From positions 1 through 64,000 of the forward strand of contig OZ242320.1 in assembly GCA_965208125.1 (NCBI GenBank): DNA of 64,000 nucleotides. The letters are read 5' to 3'. Within the stretch, counting starts at the first letter, position 1. Each line of letters starts with the position of its first letter. Below are positions 11,417 through 20,513 of this stretch, piece by piece. Origin of the DNA: Candidatus Latescibacterota bacterium. GTDB lineage: Bacteria; Latescibacterota; UBA2968. The position numbers were made by a program, and so were the translations under genes. A model generated the notes under the pieces. That model had not been told where the DNA came from, did no database searches, and saw only the letters and a program-made list of their open reading frames with translations.

Positions 11417-13711
11417 ATGAAAAGAGTTTGTACATACAGTTTTATGGTCCTCATTGTACTATTGAGCGGGCGCACGGACGCACAAGAAGGTCCGGTGATT
11501 CAGGAGATCCGCATTCGAGGCAATGATTGGGTCGAGATTTCTTTTATCGAATCTCAAAGTGGCTTATTCAAAGGGCAGAATCTGGCAGAAGGCGAAGCCG
11601 CGCGGGTGATTCGCAATCTTTATAAAAGCGGTCTGTTTTTCGACATTAAAATCTCGATAGATACAGTGCCAGGGGGTGTGGCTGTTATTGTTGATTTGAA
11701 AGCCGTGCCGCGTTTGGGTGAGGTGATTTTTAAGGGCAATCGCGCAATAAAGGATAAGACGCTAAAGCGCGAATTAAAATTAACTGAAGGCCAGTTAATA
11801 AAGCACCGGGAAAAAAAGAGAGCAGTCAACAAGCTGGTCGCGCTCTATCTGGAAAAAGGCTATTTGCTCGCCTCAGTGGATGTACAAGAAGAGGCGGTTG
11901 ATAAAGATGGGCGATTGCCACTGACCTTTGAAATTCACGAGGGCGAAAAGGTCAATTTGAAAAAGATCCGTTTTCACGGCAATACGGCATTGACCGGGAA
12001 GCAACTGCGCAAGCAAATGAAAGAGACCAAACAAGACGGCTGGTGGTTTGGGGGAGGTAAATACAGCGAGGAGACTTATACCGACGATAAAGAATTGGTC
12101 CTGGCCTTTTACCGGCAAAAAGGATATCGAGAAGCGGCAATTGTATCCGATAGCTTGTCCTATGGCCCTATGAAAAAAAATATGTATCTCGATATCACTA
12201 TCGAAGAAGGGCCGCTTTATCGCTTTGGCGCAGTGAGTTGGTCGGGCAATGAGAAAATCACAGATGCCGGTTTTTCTCACTTTATTGTGGTGGATTCAGG
12301 CGCAGTTTACAACGAAGAGCGCGTCTTAAAATCGCGAGAGCAATTGCAAAATGCCTATATGGACATCGGACATATTGGTGCACAGATTTTTCCGCAACAA
12401 AAACCCATTGAAGGTCACGTCGTCAATGTGCATTTTGACGTCGTCGAAAAAGACCCGTGGACAATTCGCAAAATTTTGATTACGGGCAATACCAAAACCA
12501 AAGACCGCGTGATTCGACGCGAATTGCGCGTGCGACCAGGTGATACGTTTAGCCGCGCACTTTTGGAACGCAGCGTGCGCGAAGTCATGCAACTCAACTT
12601 TTTCACCAATGTGTTGCCCGAGCCTATTGCCGTAGAAGAAACATCTGAGATCGATCTCGAGTTCACCATAGAAGAAAAGTCAACGGGTACGGCGTCTATT
12701 GGAGCGGGATATAGCGAACGCGACAAGCTCATTGGCACCATTGGATTGCAAATTCCCAATTTTAGAGGCAATGGACAACAACTCGATTTTCAGTGGGAGT
12801 TTGGATCGCGCCGCGAAACCTTTAGCATTGGATTTACCGAACCGTGGTTCCGCAACACCCCCACGAGTATATCGGCATCGCTGTTCCGAAGCACCATACG
12901 ACTGGCAACTTATGGTGTAGCAGACTTCGACCAGCGCACAGAAGGCGGTGCATTTCGCCTCGGACGCAGACTGCGCTGGCCAGATTATTCGCGCATTTCT
13001 GGAGGATATCGCATCGAGAAGGTTGCTTTTATCAATTTTTCCGACAGTACAGATGTAAACAATCCCTTTTACCAGGACAATATAACCAGCAGCATCAGCG
13101 CGAACTTGACCCGCGACAGCCGCGATTTGCCGATTTTTCCCACATCTGGAGGCGTAATTTCCTATTCTCCCGCATTGGCTGGCGGATTTTTGGGCGGTAA
13201 TAGAGATTTTCACAAGCACGATATTGTCACGAGTTTTTACTTTCCCATATTCTGGCGATTGGCCTTAAATGTGCGGTCACAATTGGGCTTTGTCGCCAGC
13301 TATGGCACCGAGCGTGTCCCGTATCAGGAATTGTATCTGCCGGGCGGTGTTGACATTTTTGAAGGCACCATGTTGCGCGGTTATCCCGACCGCTCAATTG
13401 GTCCTCGTAATATTGGGGGGGAGCCAACTGGGGGTGTCGCGCAGTTGTTGTTTAACGCGGAGATCAGCATTCCCATTGTGCCCAATCAGTTTTACGGTCT
13501 CATTTTTGCCGATGCGGGTAATGCCTGGAACAATCTGGATCGGATCAGCCTGACGGATATGCGTCGATCAGCCGGTTTTGGCATTCGGATTGTAGCACCT
13601 GTAGTAGGTATTATGGGATTTGATTTTGCATGGGGATTTGACCGTCGGCGTGTCGATGGTCAGTCCGTACAGATGATGACGCATTTCCAATTCGGTCCGC
13701 AATTTTATTAG
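11417..13711 (+). CDS. bamA: Outer membrane protein assembly factor BamA
   Basis: POTRA repeats (GNTKTKDRVIRREL), LRGY motif, C-terminal FQFGPQFY. Confidence 0.95.
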   Translation: MKRVCTYSFMVLIVLLSGRTDAQEGPVIQEIRIRGNDWVEISFIESQSGLFKGQNLAEGEAARVIRNLYKSGLFFDIKISIDTVPGGVAVIVDLKAVPRLGEVIFKGNRAIKDKTLKRELKLTEGQLIKHREKKRAVNKLVALYLEKGYLLASVDVQEEAVDKDGRLPLTFEIHEGEKVNLKKIRFHGNTALTGKQLRKQMKETKQDGWWFGGGKYSEETYTDDKELVLAFYRQKGYREAAIVSDSLSYGPMKKNMYLDITIEEGPLYRFGAVSWSGNEKITDAGFSHFIVVDSGAVYNEERVLKSREQLQNAYMDIGHIGAQIFPQQKPIEGHVVNVHFDVVEKDPWTIRKILITGNTKTKDRVIRRELRVRPGDTFSRALLERSVREVMQLNFFTNVLPEPIAVEETSEIDLEFTIEEKSTGTASIGAGYSERDKLIGTIGLQIPNFRGNGQQLDFQWEFGSRRETFSIGFTEPWFRNTPTSISASLFRSTIRLATYGVADFDQRTEGGAFRLGRRLRWPDYSRISGGYRIEKVAFINFSDSTDVNNPFYQDNITSSISANLTRDSRDLPIFPTSGGVISYSPALAGGFLGGNRDFHKHDIVTSFYFPIFWRLALNVRSQLGFVASYGTERVPYQELYLPGGVDIFEGTMLRGYPDRSIGPRNIGGEPTGGVAQLLFNAEISIPIVPNQFYGLIFADAGNAWNNLDRISLTDMRRSAGFGIRIVAPVVGIMGFDFAWGFDRRRVDGQSVQMMTHFQFGPQFY

Positions 13712-13782
13712 CGGTCAGACTCCTCCTGTACCCATGGATGGCAAGGGAGGGCCAAAAGCACTATTCACGGAGGGAATTTTTA

Positions 13783-14331
13783 ATGACACGCTGTCGCTTA
13801 CTTTATGTCGCGCTATCTCTGGCACTAACTGGTATAGCCAGTACTGCTGGCGCGGAGCTAAAGCTGGGGTATATTGATTCGCAGAAAATTTTGGATCAGT
13901 ACAAACCCTATCAAGATGCTTTGAGAGAATATAGCCGTTACGAAGATGAACTCCAGCGCGAGATCAGCACCATGCAAAACGATCTCGCCAAGATGCAAGA
14001 TACCTACGAACGCCAATCCCTGCTTTTGAGTGACAAACGCAAACAAGAAGAGCAACAGGCCATTTTGAAAAAACAGCAGGAACTGCAGCGGTTTGTGCAA
14101 GATGCCACCTCTCCGCAAGGCCGTCTCGCGCGCAAAACCGCGGAATTGTCCGAACCCATTATTCAAACCGTGAATGCGATTATCAAACAAGTGGCAGAGG
14201 ACGAAGGCTTTGATTTTGTGCTCAATTCGACTGCGCTGGCCTATGCGAAAGAGACACACGATTTGACCGATAAGGTCCTCGAAGCACTTGCCAAAGATCT
14301 CGAGGCCAAAGCGAAAACCGAGGGACCATAG
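13783..14331 (+). CDS. skp: OmpH/Skp periplasmic chaperone
   Basis: Signal peptide, KLGYIDSQKI, coiled coil, DLTDKVL; follows bamA. Confidence 0.92.
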   Translation: MTRCRLLYVALSLALTGIASTAGAELKLGYIDSQKILDQYKPYQDALREYSRYEDELQREISTMQNDLAKMQDTYERQSLLLSDKRKQEEQQAILKKQQELQRFVQDATSPQGRLARKTAELSEPIIQTVNAIIKQVAEDEGFDFVLNSTALAYAKETHDLTDKVLEALAKDLEAKAKTEGP

Positions 14332-14359
14332 TACATTATCATATATATTTTTTCTATTG

Positions 14360-14400
14360 AAAGTCTCTGATTTACCCCGCGGGGTGACCAGAGACTTTTT
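14360..14400 (+). terminator. Terminator-like hairpin between skp and fabZ
   Basis: AAAGTCTCTG...CAGAGACTTTTT. Confidence 0.6.
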
Positions 14401-14427
14401 AATGTGGACATTACATTGGAGGATGCC

Positions 14428-14865
14428 GTGACTCTGGATATTAGAGATATTGAAAAAATTCTTCCGCATCGTTACCCTTTTCTTCTCGTTGATCGCGTAA
14501 CTGAGTTGGTACCTGGCGAGCGGCTGGTCGCGTACAAAAATGTGTCAGCTAATGAGCCGTTTTTCCAGGGACATTTTCCCGGCAATCCCGTGATGCCGGG
14601 CGTACTCATTATCGAAGCGCTGGCTCAGGCCGCTGCAATTTTGATGAGTGATGGGCAGGAAAGCGACTTGATCCCATTGTTTATGGGCATTGACAAAGCG
14701 CGTTTCCGAAGGCAAGTTGTGCCCGGTGATCAACTCCTGCTAAAAGTCGAAGTAGGCCAAAAACGCCGCAATGTGTGCAAAGGGATTGGCGAAGCCACAG
14801 TGGATGGCGAAATCGCCGCACAGGCAGAATTGATGGCGATGTTTGCAAAACGCGAGGATTTGTAG
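14428..14865 (+). CDS. fabZ: 3-hydroxyacyl-ACP dehydratase FabZ
   Basis: [31 protein letters not shown]; GTG at 14428 is preceded by GGAGG (alternative start 14404). Confidence 0.95.
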   Translation: MTLDIRDIEKILPHRYPFLLVDRVTELVPGERLVAYKNVSANEPFFQGHFPGNPVMPGVLIIEALAQAAAILMSDGQESDLIPLFMGIDKARFRRQVVPGDQLLLKVEVGQKRRNVCKGIGEATVDGEIAAQAELMAMFAKREDL

Positions 14866-14880
14866 CACCTGTCCTCGTTC

Positions 14881-14919
14881 TAAAAAAACTCGGCCCCAAT
14901 CTAAAAGCCGAGTTTTTTA
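14881..14919. terminator. Bidirectional intrinsic terminator
   Basis: TAAAAAAACTCGGC...GCCGAGTTTTTTA between convergent genes. Confidence 0.8.
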
Positions 14920-14958
14920 TTTTATAAAGGTTTTCAGCGGAAAATACCCGCACGTCTC

Positions 14959-16830
14959 TCATTTTTTTCTTTCCAAAACTTCCCATTCCTCAAATAAGCG
15001 ATCCATTCTATTTTGGATCTCCTCCTTTTCTTGCGCCAGTTCTTTCAGGCGATGCCAGTCGGTGGCGAGGTCTTCTCGCGCCATTTCTTCGGCCAGCTGA
15101 CCGGCCTGGTCTTCGAGTGCTGCTATCGCTTCTTCTATTTCGGCCAAGCGGCGTTCCCGTCTTTGCTGTTGCCGCATTGCGCGCTTGCGATTTTTATAGT
15201 CGGTTTGCGTTTTGGGTGCATTCTGTACGGTCGGTATTTCTACACTCTGCATCTGACGCTGGTAAGTATCGTAATTACCGTCTATGAGTTGCCACTTTCC
15301 ATTGCCAAGCACGATCAGGCGATTGACCAGACGATTGAGAAAATATCGGTCGTGTGAAACCGCGATCACAGTCCCCTCAAAAGCCTCAAGCGCGCTTTCG
15401 AGCACATGGCGGGAGGCGATATCCAGATGGTTGGTGGGTTCGTCGAGCACCAGCAGATTGAGGGGTGAACGAATGAGCTTGGCCAGGGCAACGCGACTTT
15501 GTTCTCCTCCACTGAGCGAACCCGTCTCGCGCTCCACATCGTCTCCAGAAAAGAGAAAAGCACCCAGAAAGTTTCTAATCTCAACTTCTGGAACATTGGG
15601 CGTAAGTGACCATATCTCTTCGAGAACGCTCAAATTGGGATTCAGGTCCTGACGGGTTTGCGCGTAATATCCAATCTCGAGACCTTTGCCAGGAATAACG
15701 CGCCCCGCGTCCGGTGCGAGTTGTTCCATAAAAATTTTCAAAAGTACGGATTTGCCCGAACCATTGGGACCTATAACGCCAAGGCGCTCGCCCCACCACA
15801 ACGTGAGATTGAGACCGGCAAACAGAGGGCAATTTGGATAGGCTTTGGTAAGATTTTCAACCTGTAAAACGCGATCTCCCCCCCGTGTGGTAGCGTTAAA
15901 TTTGAGCGCGATATCGCGTTGTTGCACAACGCGTTCAACGCGGTCGAGTTTTTCAAGTGCCCTGCGTCGGCTCTGCGCCTGCTTGGTCTTTTGTCCGGCG
16001 ATATTTCGGCGGATATACTCTTCGGTGCGCTCAATATGCGCTTGCTGCGCTCGATAGGCTTTTTGCTGCTGCGCCCGGCGTTGTTCTTTTTCCTCAATGT
16101 AGAAGGAATAGCTACCCGAATACTGTTCGACCACGCCGCGTTCCAGATCCACAATTTTGGTCACAGTTCGCTCGAGAAAAGTGCGGTCATGAGAAATGAT
16201 GACAAAGGCTTTGGCATAATCCGCAAGAAAGGACTCGAGCCACTCTATAGCCTGTAGATCGAGATGATTGGTAGGTTCGTCCAGAAGCAACAAATCGGGT
16301 TCTGTTGCGAGCAATTGGCCAAGAGCCAGACGATTTTTCTGCCCGCCACTGAGCACTTGCGTTGGCAATTTCAGATCGGTTTCGCAAAAACCGAGACCGA
16401 AGAGAATGGCTTTAGCACGGGCTTCTGTCGCATACCCTCCCATGTGCTCATACTGGTCGCGGAAATGCCCGTAATCATTGAGCACTGCATCGGAATTTTC
16501 ACCCTCAGCCATGGTTTTTTCCAAATCCTGAAGGCGGTGTTGCAGAGCCAGAATATCGGCAAAAGCATCAAGTGCCGCGTCCATAACTGTACATTTTGGA
16601 TCGAATGTGGGTTCCTGTGTCAGAAATCCAATATTGAGATCGCGCTGCCTGTACAGTTGCCCTCGATCGGGCAGGCTTTCTTCGGTTATGAGCCGAAGCA
16701 ATGTGGTTTTGCCACACCCGTTGGGACCGACAAGCCCGATGCGATCACCTGGATCAATTTGCCAATGAATACCAGTGAGCACATCGTACGCGCCGAAAGA
16801 TTTCCAGATATCTTCGAGTTGAATAATCAC
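14959..16830 (-). CDS. ABC-F family ATPase (Uup/YheS-like)
   Basis: Two ABC domains (GPNGCGKTT, GPNGSGKS, two LDEPTNHLD), no TM segments, C-terminal coiled coil. Confidence 0.92.
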   Translation of the reverse strand: MIIQLEDIWKSFGAYDVLTGIHWQIDPGDRIGLVGPNGCGKTTLLRLITEESLPDRGQLYRQRDLNIGFLTQEPTFDPKCTVMDAALDAFADILALQHRLQDLEKTMAEGENSDAVLNDYGHFRDQYEHMGGYATEARAKAILFGLGFCETDLKLPTQVLSGGQKNRLALGQLLATEPDLLLLDEPTNHLDLQAIEWLESFLADYAKAFVIISHDRTFLERTVTKIVDLERGVVEQYSGSYSFYIEEKEQRRAQQQKAYRAQQAHIERTEEYIRRNIAGQKTKQAQSRRRALEKLDRVERVVQQRDIALKFNATTRGGDRVLQVENLTKAYPNCPLFAGLNLTLWWGERLGVIGPNGSGKSVLLKIFMEQLAPDAGRVIPGKGLEIGYYAQTRQDLNPNLSVLEEIWSLTPNVPEVEIRNFLGAFLFSGDDVERETGSLSGGEQSRVALAKLIRSPLNLLVLDEPTNHLDIASRHVLESALEAFEGTVIAVSHDRYFLNRLVNRLIVLGNGKWQLIDGNYDTYQRQMQSVEIPTVQNAPKTQTDYKNRKRAMRQQQRRERRLAEIEEAIAALEDQAGQLAEEMAREDLATDWHRLKELAQEKEEIQNRMDRLFEEWEVLERKK

Positions 16831-17645
16831 TTTTTATCGCCTCTCGCACCATTAAGCACCTGGCGCAGATCTTCCGCAGATTGCCGAGCGGCGTCTGCAA
16901 AATCGATACCACTGGAAGCGTAGAGGATGCTGCGCGACGAGTTGACGAGAATACCGCTGCCTTTTCTGTTCAGACCATTTTGGACAACTGCATTAGTCTG
17001 ACCCCCTTGCGTCCCCACACCGGGCAAAAGGATGGGGAGGTCAGTGGCAATCGCGCGAATGGTTTTTAAGTCGTTGGGATGTGTTGCACCCACAACGAGA
17101 CCACAGGGTCCTATTTCCGACCATTTCACAGCTTTTTGTGCGAGCACCTCATACAGCACGCCCTGATCTGTGTTGAGGCGCAAAATATCAGCCGACCCGG
17201 GATTGGATGTGAGGCACAGAAGGAAAGCACAGCCGTTTTGATAAGCTAAAAAGGGAGCAAGAGCATCTGCTCCCATCAGAGGGTTGACAGTCACGGCATC
17301 AACGCCGAGTTGGCAGTATGCCATGTATGCATAGTGTTCTGCTGTATTGCCAATGTCACCAGCTTTAAAATCGAGGATAATTGGCATATCGTTGGGAATA
17401 GCATGGATCGCGCCTTGAAGTGTCTCCCAACCCGCTATACCCTGCGCGCCAAAAAATGCAAAATTGGGTTTATACGCACATGCAATATCCCGCGTGGCAG
17501 CTATAATTTCCTTGAGAAAAGCGAGTGTGGAATTGGATTTTCCTTTGAGAGGTTCGGGCAGTTTTGCCGGATCGGGATCAAGCCCCACACACACAAAACT
17601 ATCGTTGCGTTGTACCGTATCACTGTATTTCTCTAAAAAAGACAT
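16827..17645 (-). CDS. pyrF: Orotidine-5'-phosphate decarboxylase
   Basis: VCVGLDPD, YKPNFAFF, ILDFKAGDIGNT, LLPGVGTQGG, VNSSRSILYAS. Confidence 0.95.
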   Translation of the reverse strand: MSFLEKYSDTVQRNDSFVCVGLDPDPAKLPEPLKGKSNSTLAFLKEIIAATRDIACAYKPNFAFFGAQGIAGWETLQGAIHAIPNDMPIILDFKAGDIGNTAEHYAYMAYCQLGVDAVTVNPLMGADALAPFLAYQNGCAFLLCLTSNPGSADILRLNTDQGVLYEVLAQKAVKWSEIGPCGLVVGATHPNDLKTIRAIATDLPILLPGVGTQGGQTNAVVQNGLNRKGSGILVNSSRSILYASSGIDFADAARQSAEDLRQVLNGARGDKK

Positions 17646-17663
17646 TCAGTATCTCCATTAAGC

Positions 17664-17698
17664 AAATGGCGGACCCCTTATGGGAATCCGCCGTTTTT
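17664..17698 (-). terminator. Hairpin/terminator downstream of rnpB
   Basis: AAATGGCGGA...TCCGCCGTTTTT. Confidence 0.6.
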
Positions 17699-17701
17699 GA
17701 A

Positions 17702-18071
17702 ACAAGCGGGCCTGTAAGCCGAGTTCTGTCGTCTGGTATCCCAAACGGATGGTCATTTATCTGGGACGCCGGTTACCCGACGCCTCTTGCGGCCTACCCG
17801 AGCGTAATAGCGAGACGGGCCATCTCTTCGCTCCTATTCGGCCTTGCTCCAAATGGGGTTTACCGTGCCGCGCTCGTCACCGAGTCGCGCGGTGGGCTCT
17901 TACCCCACCGTTTCACCCTTGCCCGCAACGCGAAAAATCGCGCCCGTTGGCGGTCTGTTCTCTGTGGCACTTTCCATCGGGTCGCCCCGCCTGGGCGTTA
18001 CCCAGCATTTTGCCCTGTGGAGCTCGGACTTTCCTCATCCCAAAAGGGACGCGACCACCCAGCCCACTTGT
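17702..18071 (-). ncRNA. rnpB: RNase P RNA (bacterial type A)
   Basis: Minus strand reads GAGGAAAGTCCGAGCTCC...AGTGCCACAGA...GGTAAACCCC...ACAGAACTCGGCTTAC; the ends ACAAGTGGGC/GCCCGCTTGT form P1. Confidence 0.96.
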
Positions 18072-18078
18072 AATATTT

Positions 18079-18501
18079 TTATTTTTTAGACGTATCGGCA
18101 CTGTCTTTTGTTGCAATGCCCTGATTTGCCAATCGGTCGGCTTCTTTATTCTGCTCTCGGCGCACATGTTGGATCTGAAAGCAGTCAAAAGTGCTACTCT
18201 GCATTTGGGCAGTCTGATAAAGCGGCAAAAGTCCCTCGCTTTTGACTTTGTAAGTCCCATTCATCTGGCGAACCACGAGTTCGCTATCGGAAAAAACCGT
18301 CACCCGGTTGGCTTTGAACTCTGCGGCTATTTCAAGGCCCTTGATCAGCGCGCTATACTCTGCGACATTGTTGGTCGTACAGCCAATATATTCACAATAT
18401 TCTTTGAGAACTTCTCCGTCTGCTTCAATGCGAATGCCAATACCAGCATGCCCGGGATTGCCCCTGGATGCCCCATCGATAAATAGGGTCAATTCGGTCA
18501 A
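18079..18501 (-). CDS. rnhA: Ribonuclease HI family protein
   Basis: IDGASRGNPG, TNNVAEY, SDSELVV, HVRREQNKEADRLAN. Confidence 0.92.
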   Translation of the reverse strand: MTELTLFIDGASRGNPGHAGIGIRIEADGEVLKEYCEYIGCTTNNVAEYSALIKGLEIAAEFKANRVTVFSDSELVVRQMNGTYKVKSEGLLPLYQTAQMQSSTFDCFQIQHVRREQNKEADRLANQGIATKDSADTSKK

Positions 18502-19220
18502 ACCGCAGCCTCTTCGTCACTCCACACCAGAAGGCGACCACAACTTTCGCAGCGCATGATGCTATCGGCGCGTCTGACTTCCACCAGGCGTTGAGGGGAT
18601 AATTGGCGGTAACAGCCGCCGCAGGACCCTTTGCGAACTGGCACAATAGCAATACCGCCTTTGACAACTTTGCGAATGCTATTGTATATGCTTAAAGGGC
18701 GGCGTTCCACCCCGGGTTCGATGGCTGACCGCTTCTTTTTCCAGGCACCAACATCTTTTTCTACAGAATTGAGTTTGACCGTTAATTCGTCAATGCGTTT
18801 TTGCCGATCTTCTTCAATTTCCCGGTAGTAATTTTCGTCTTCGCGGAGTTTTTCCACAATTTTTTCAACTGTATCGATACTTTCCAAAATGGCGGTTTCG
18901 TGTTGGTCCTTGCGGTCGTGGAGAGTCGCAATTTCGATTTGCAAGGCATCGTATTCTTTGTTGGTCTTTACCTCATAAAGCCGATCTTGATGTTTCTTCA
19001 GGTCTTCTTCAATTGCGCTGAGTTCTCTTTCAAGTGCCCGGCGATCTTTTTCCAGTTCTTCACTGCGCTGTTGTTGGGCGTCGAGTTGATCGCGTGCATC
19101 TTGCAGTTCTGTTTTAAGACTGTTGATTTCTTTGGGATAATCGGTTTGAGATTGGTGCAACGCGTTGATTTCTTTATCGATTTCTTGAAGTTTCAGCAAA
19201 TTAACCAAACTCTCTCTCAT
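18498..19220 (-). CDS. C4-type zinc-ribbon coiled-coil protein (DUF164/CT398-like)
   Basis: LQEID start, long coiled coil, CGGC...CESCGRLL; usual neighbour of rnhA. Confidence 0.88.
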   Translation of the reverse strand: MRESLVNLLKLQEIDKEINALHQSQTDYPKEINSLKTELQDARDQLDAQQQRSEELEKDRRALERELSAIEEDLKKHQDRLYEVKTNKEYDALQIEIATLHDRKDQHETAILESIDTVEKIVEKLREDENYYREIEEDRQKRIDELTVKLNSVEKDVGAWKKKRSAIEPGVERRPLSIYNSIRKVVKGGIAIVPVRKGSCGGCYRQLSPQRLVEVRRADSIMRCESCGRLLVWSDEEAAV

Positions 19221-19244
19221 ACGCTGGTCTCCTTGTGAAGCGTA

Positions 19245-19282
19245 AAAAGAAAAGGTGCTACCCTGAGCAGGTGCACCTTTCT
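19245..19282 (-). terminator. Terminator-like hairpin after tRNA-Val
   Basis: Minus strand AAAGGTGC...GCACCTTTTCTTTTT. Confidence 0.55.
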
Positions 19283-19330
19283 ATGGCCGTCTTTACTACA
19301 ACTTGAACCTCTTGATCAGAGGCATTGTAA

Positions 19331-19407
19331 TGGTGGGCGATACTGGATTTGAACCAGTGACCTCCGGTATGTGAAACCGGCACTCTAACCAACTGAGCTA
19401 ATCGCCC
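19331..19407 (-). tRNA. tRNA-Val(CAC)
   Basis: GGGCGATTAGCTCAGTTGGTTAGAG...CCGGT-TT-CAC-AT-ACCGG...GGTTCAAATCC...TCGCCCACCA; 77 nt with encoded CCA. Confidence 0.96.
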
Positions 19408-19543
19408 AATTTTGTAATAATACCGCACAGAACGACCGACCTATTTTTGATAGTTACAGGAAGTTTTGCAACGCAATTTAATTAACAAAAGATAGTTTGG
19501 GATGTCAAGCCCGATATGTTATTAGAACAACCTTTACCCGCAT

Positions 19544-20314
19544 TTACGCCGTGTCCTCTAACTGCACAGTATCGGGCCGCTGACCTATTGACGGTGGAGC
19601 CATTAAGCGAACCTGTTGTGCCGTCAAATTTTCATAATCATCGACATTGTAATACGTATTTGCCCACGATGAATGCCCGGGGCTGTATTTATAGAGAAAT
19701 GCGCGTCGCTCGTGATCGGCCGTCCACGGCATAGTTCCATGTACCAGCGCCTCTGTAAAAATCAACGCATCCCCCGCGTTCACTTCGGGCTGCACCACAT
19801 AGTGAGGTACTCGTTCATACTCCCGCACATCCTGTGGAATGCTGTTCAAAAAATTGGTCTTGTGCGTGCCGGGAATACAACAAAACCCACCATCGCCTCT
19901 GCGTGCAGGCATCGTAAAAAAGGTCACCACCGTCAACCCGGTTCGAATAACACCATCGCGGTATTTGTACCAATGATCGCCCTCGCGCCCATTATCGCCC
20001 CCGTGCAATCGCCCTCGCTGCCCACCTTTTTGCATAAAAATGCTGTAATCGTGATCAATTCGCACCTTTGCCCCCAAAAATTCCAGCAGATAAGGCATAA
20101 TCTTCGGGTGATCCAACAACCTCTGAAAAGGTATCCCCCACGTTGAGGGCCGCCCCACATTGCGATACCCGCCATTGCCATCTACCGCCTTCATCTTCTC
20201 ATCGACAATTGCATTCAATTCATCGACTTCTCCCTCTGAAAGCACATTCTCAATGACAATATAGCCATCTAAATCAAATACGAACTTATCTTCAATATCC
20301 ACTGATAACTGCAT
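19544..20314 (-). CDS. Phytanoyl-CoA dioxygenase (PhyH)-family Fe/2OG enzyme, HGG variant
   Basis: FDLDGYIVIENVL, GGFCCIPGTHK, AGDALIFTEALVHGT, ERR; the proximal motif reads LHGG. Confidence 0.85.
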   Translation of the reverse strand: MQLSVDIEDKFVFDLDGYIVIENVLSEGEVDELNAIVDEKMKAVDGNGGYRNVGRPSTWGIPFQRLLDHPKIMPYLLEFLGAKVRIDHDYSIFMQKGGQRGRLHGGDNGREGDHWYKYRDGVIRTGLTVVTFFTMPARRGDGGFCCIPGTHKTNFLNSIPQDVREYERVPHYVVQPEVNAGDALIFTEALVHGTMPWTADHERRAFLYKYSPGHSSWANTYYNVDDYENLTAQQVRLMAPPSIGQRPDTVQLEDTA

Positions 20315-20513
20315 GCTTTACTCCTTTGAATACAAACCATTCGAATTTTAAAAAAGATAATAGTCTCAATAACCCGCGTCAAAAGCATTTGAAACTGCGT
20401 TAGTCGATAATTCAATACCTTCTTTATACAGTGTACTTTGTTCCTTGCCTATGTCGATAAACTGAAGTATTTTTCAAAATACTGAATGAATTAAATAAAA
20501 AACAAAAGGAGCA

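Noticed and set aside
17564-18486. Long ORFs overlapping 17.6-18.5 kb on both strands
   Set aside because: They are shadows of rnpB and rnhA.
19331-19543. tRNA-Val as the attachment site of a genomic island
   Set aside because: The accessory genes lie on the 5' side of the tRNA, and I saw no integrase or duplicated tRNA 3' end in the window.
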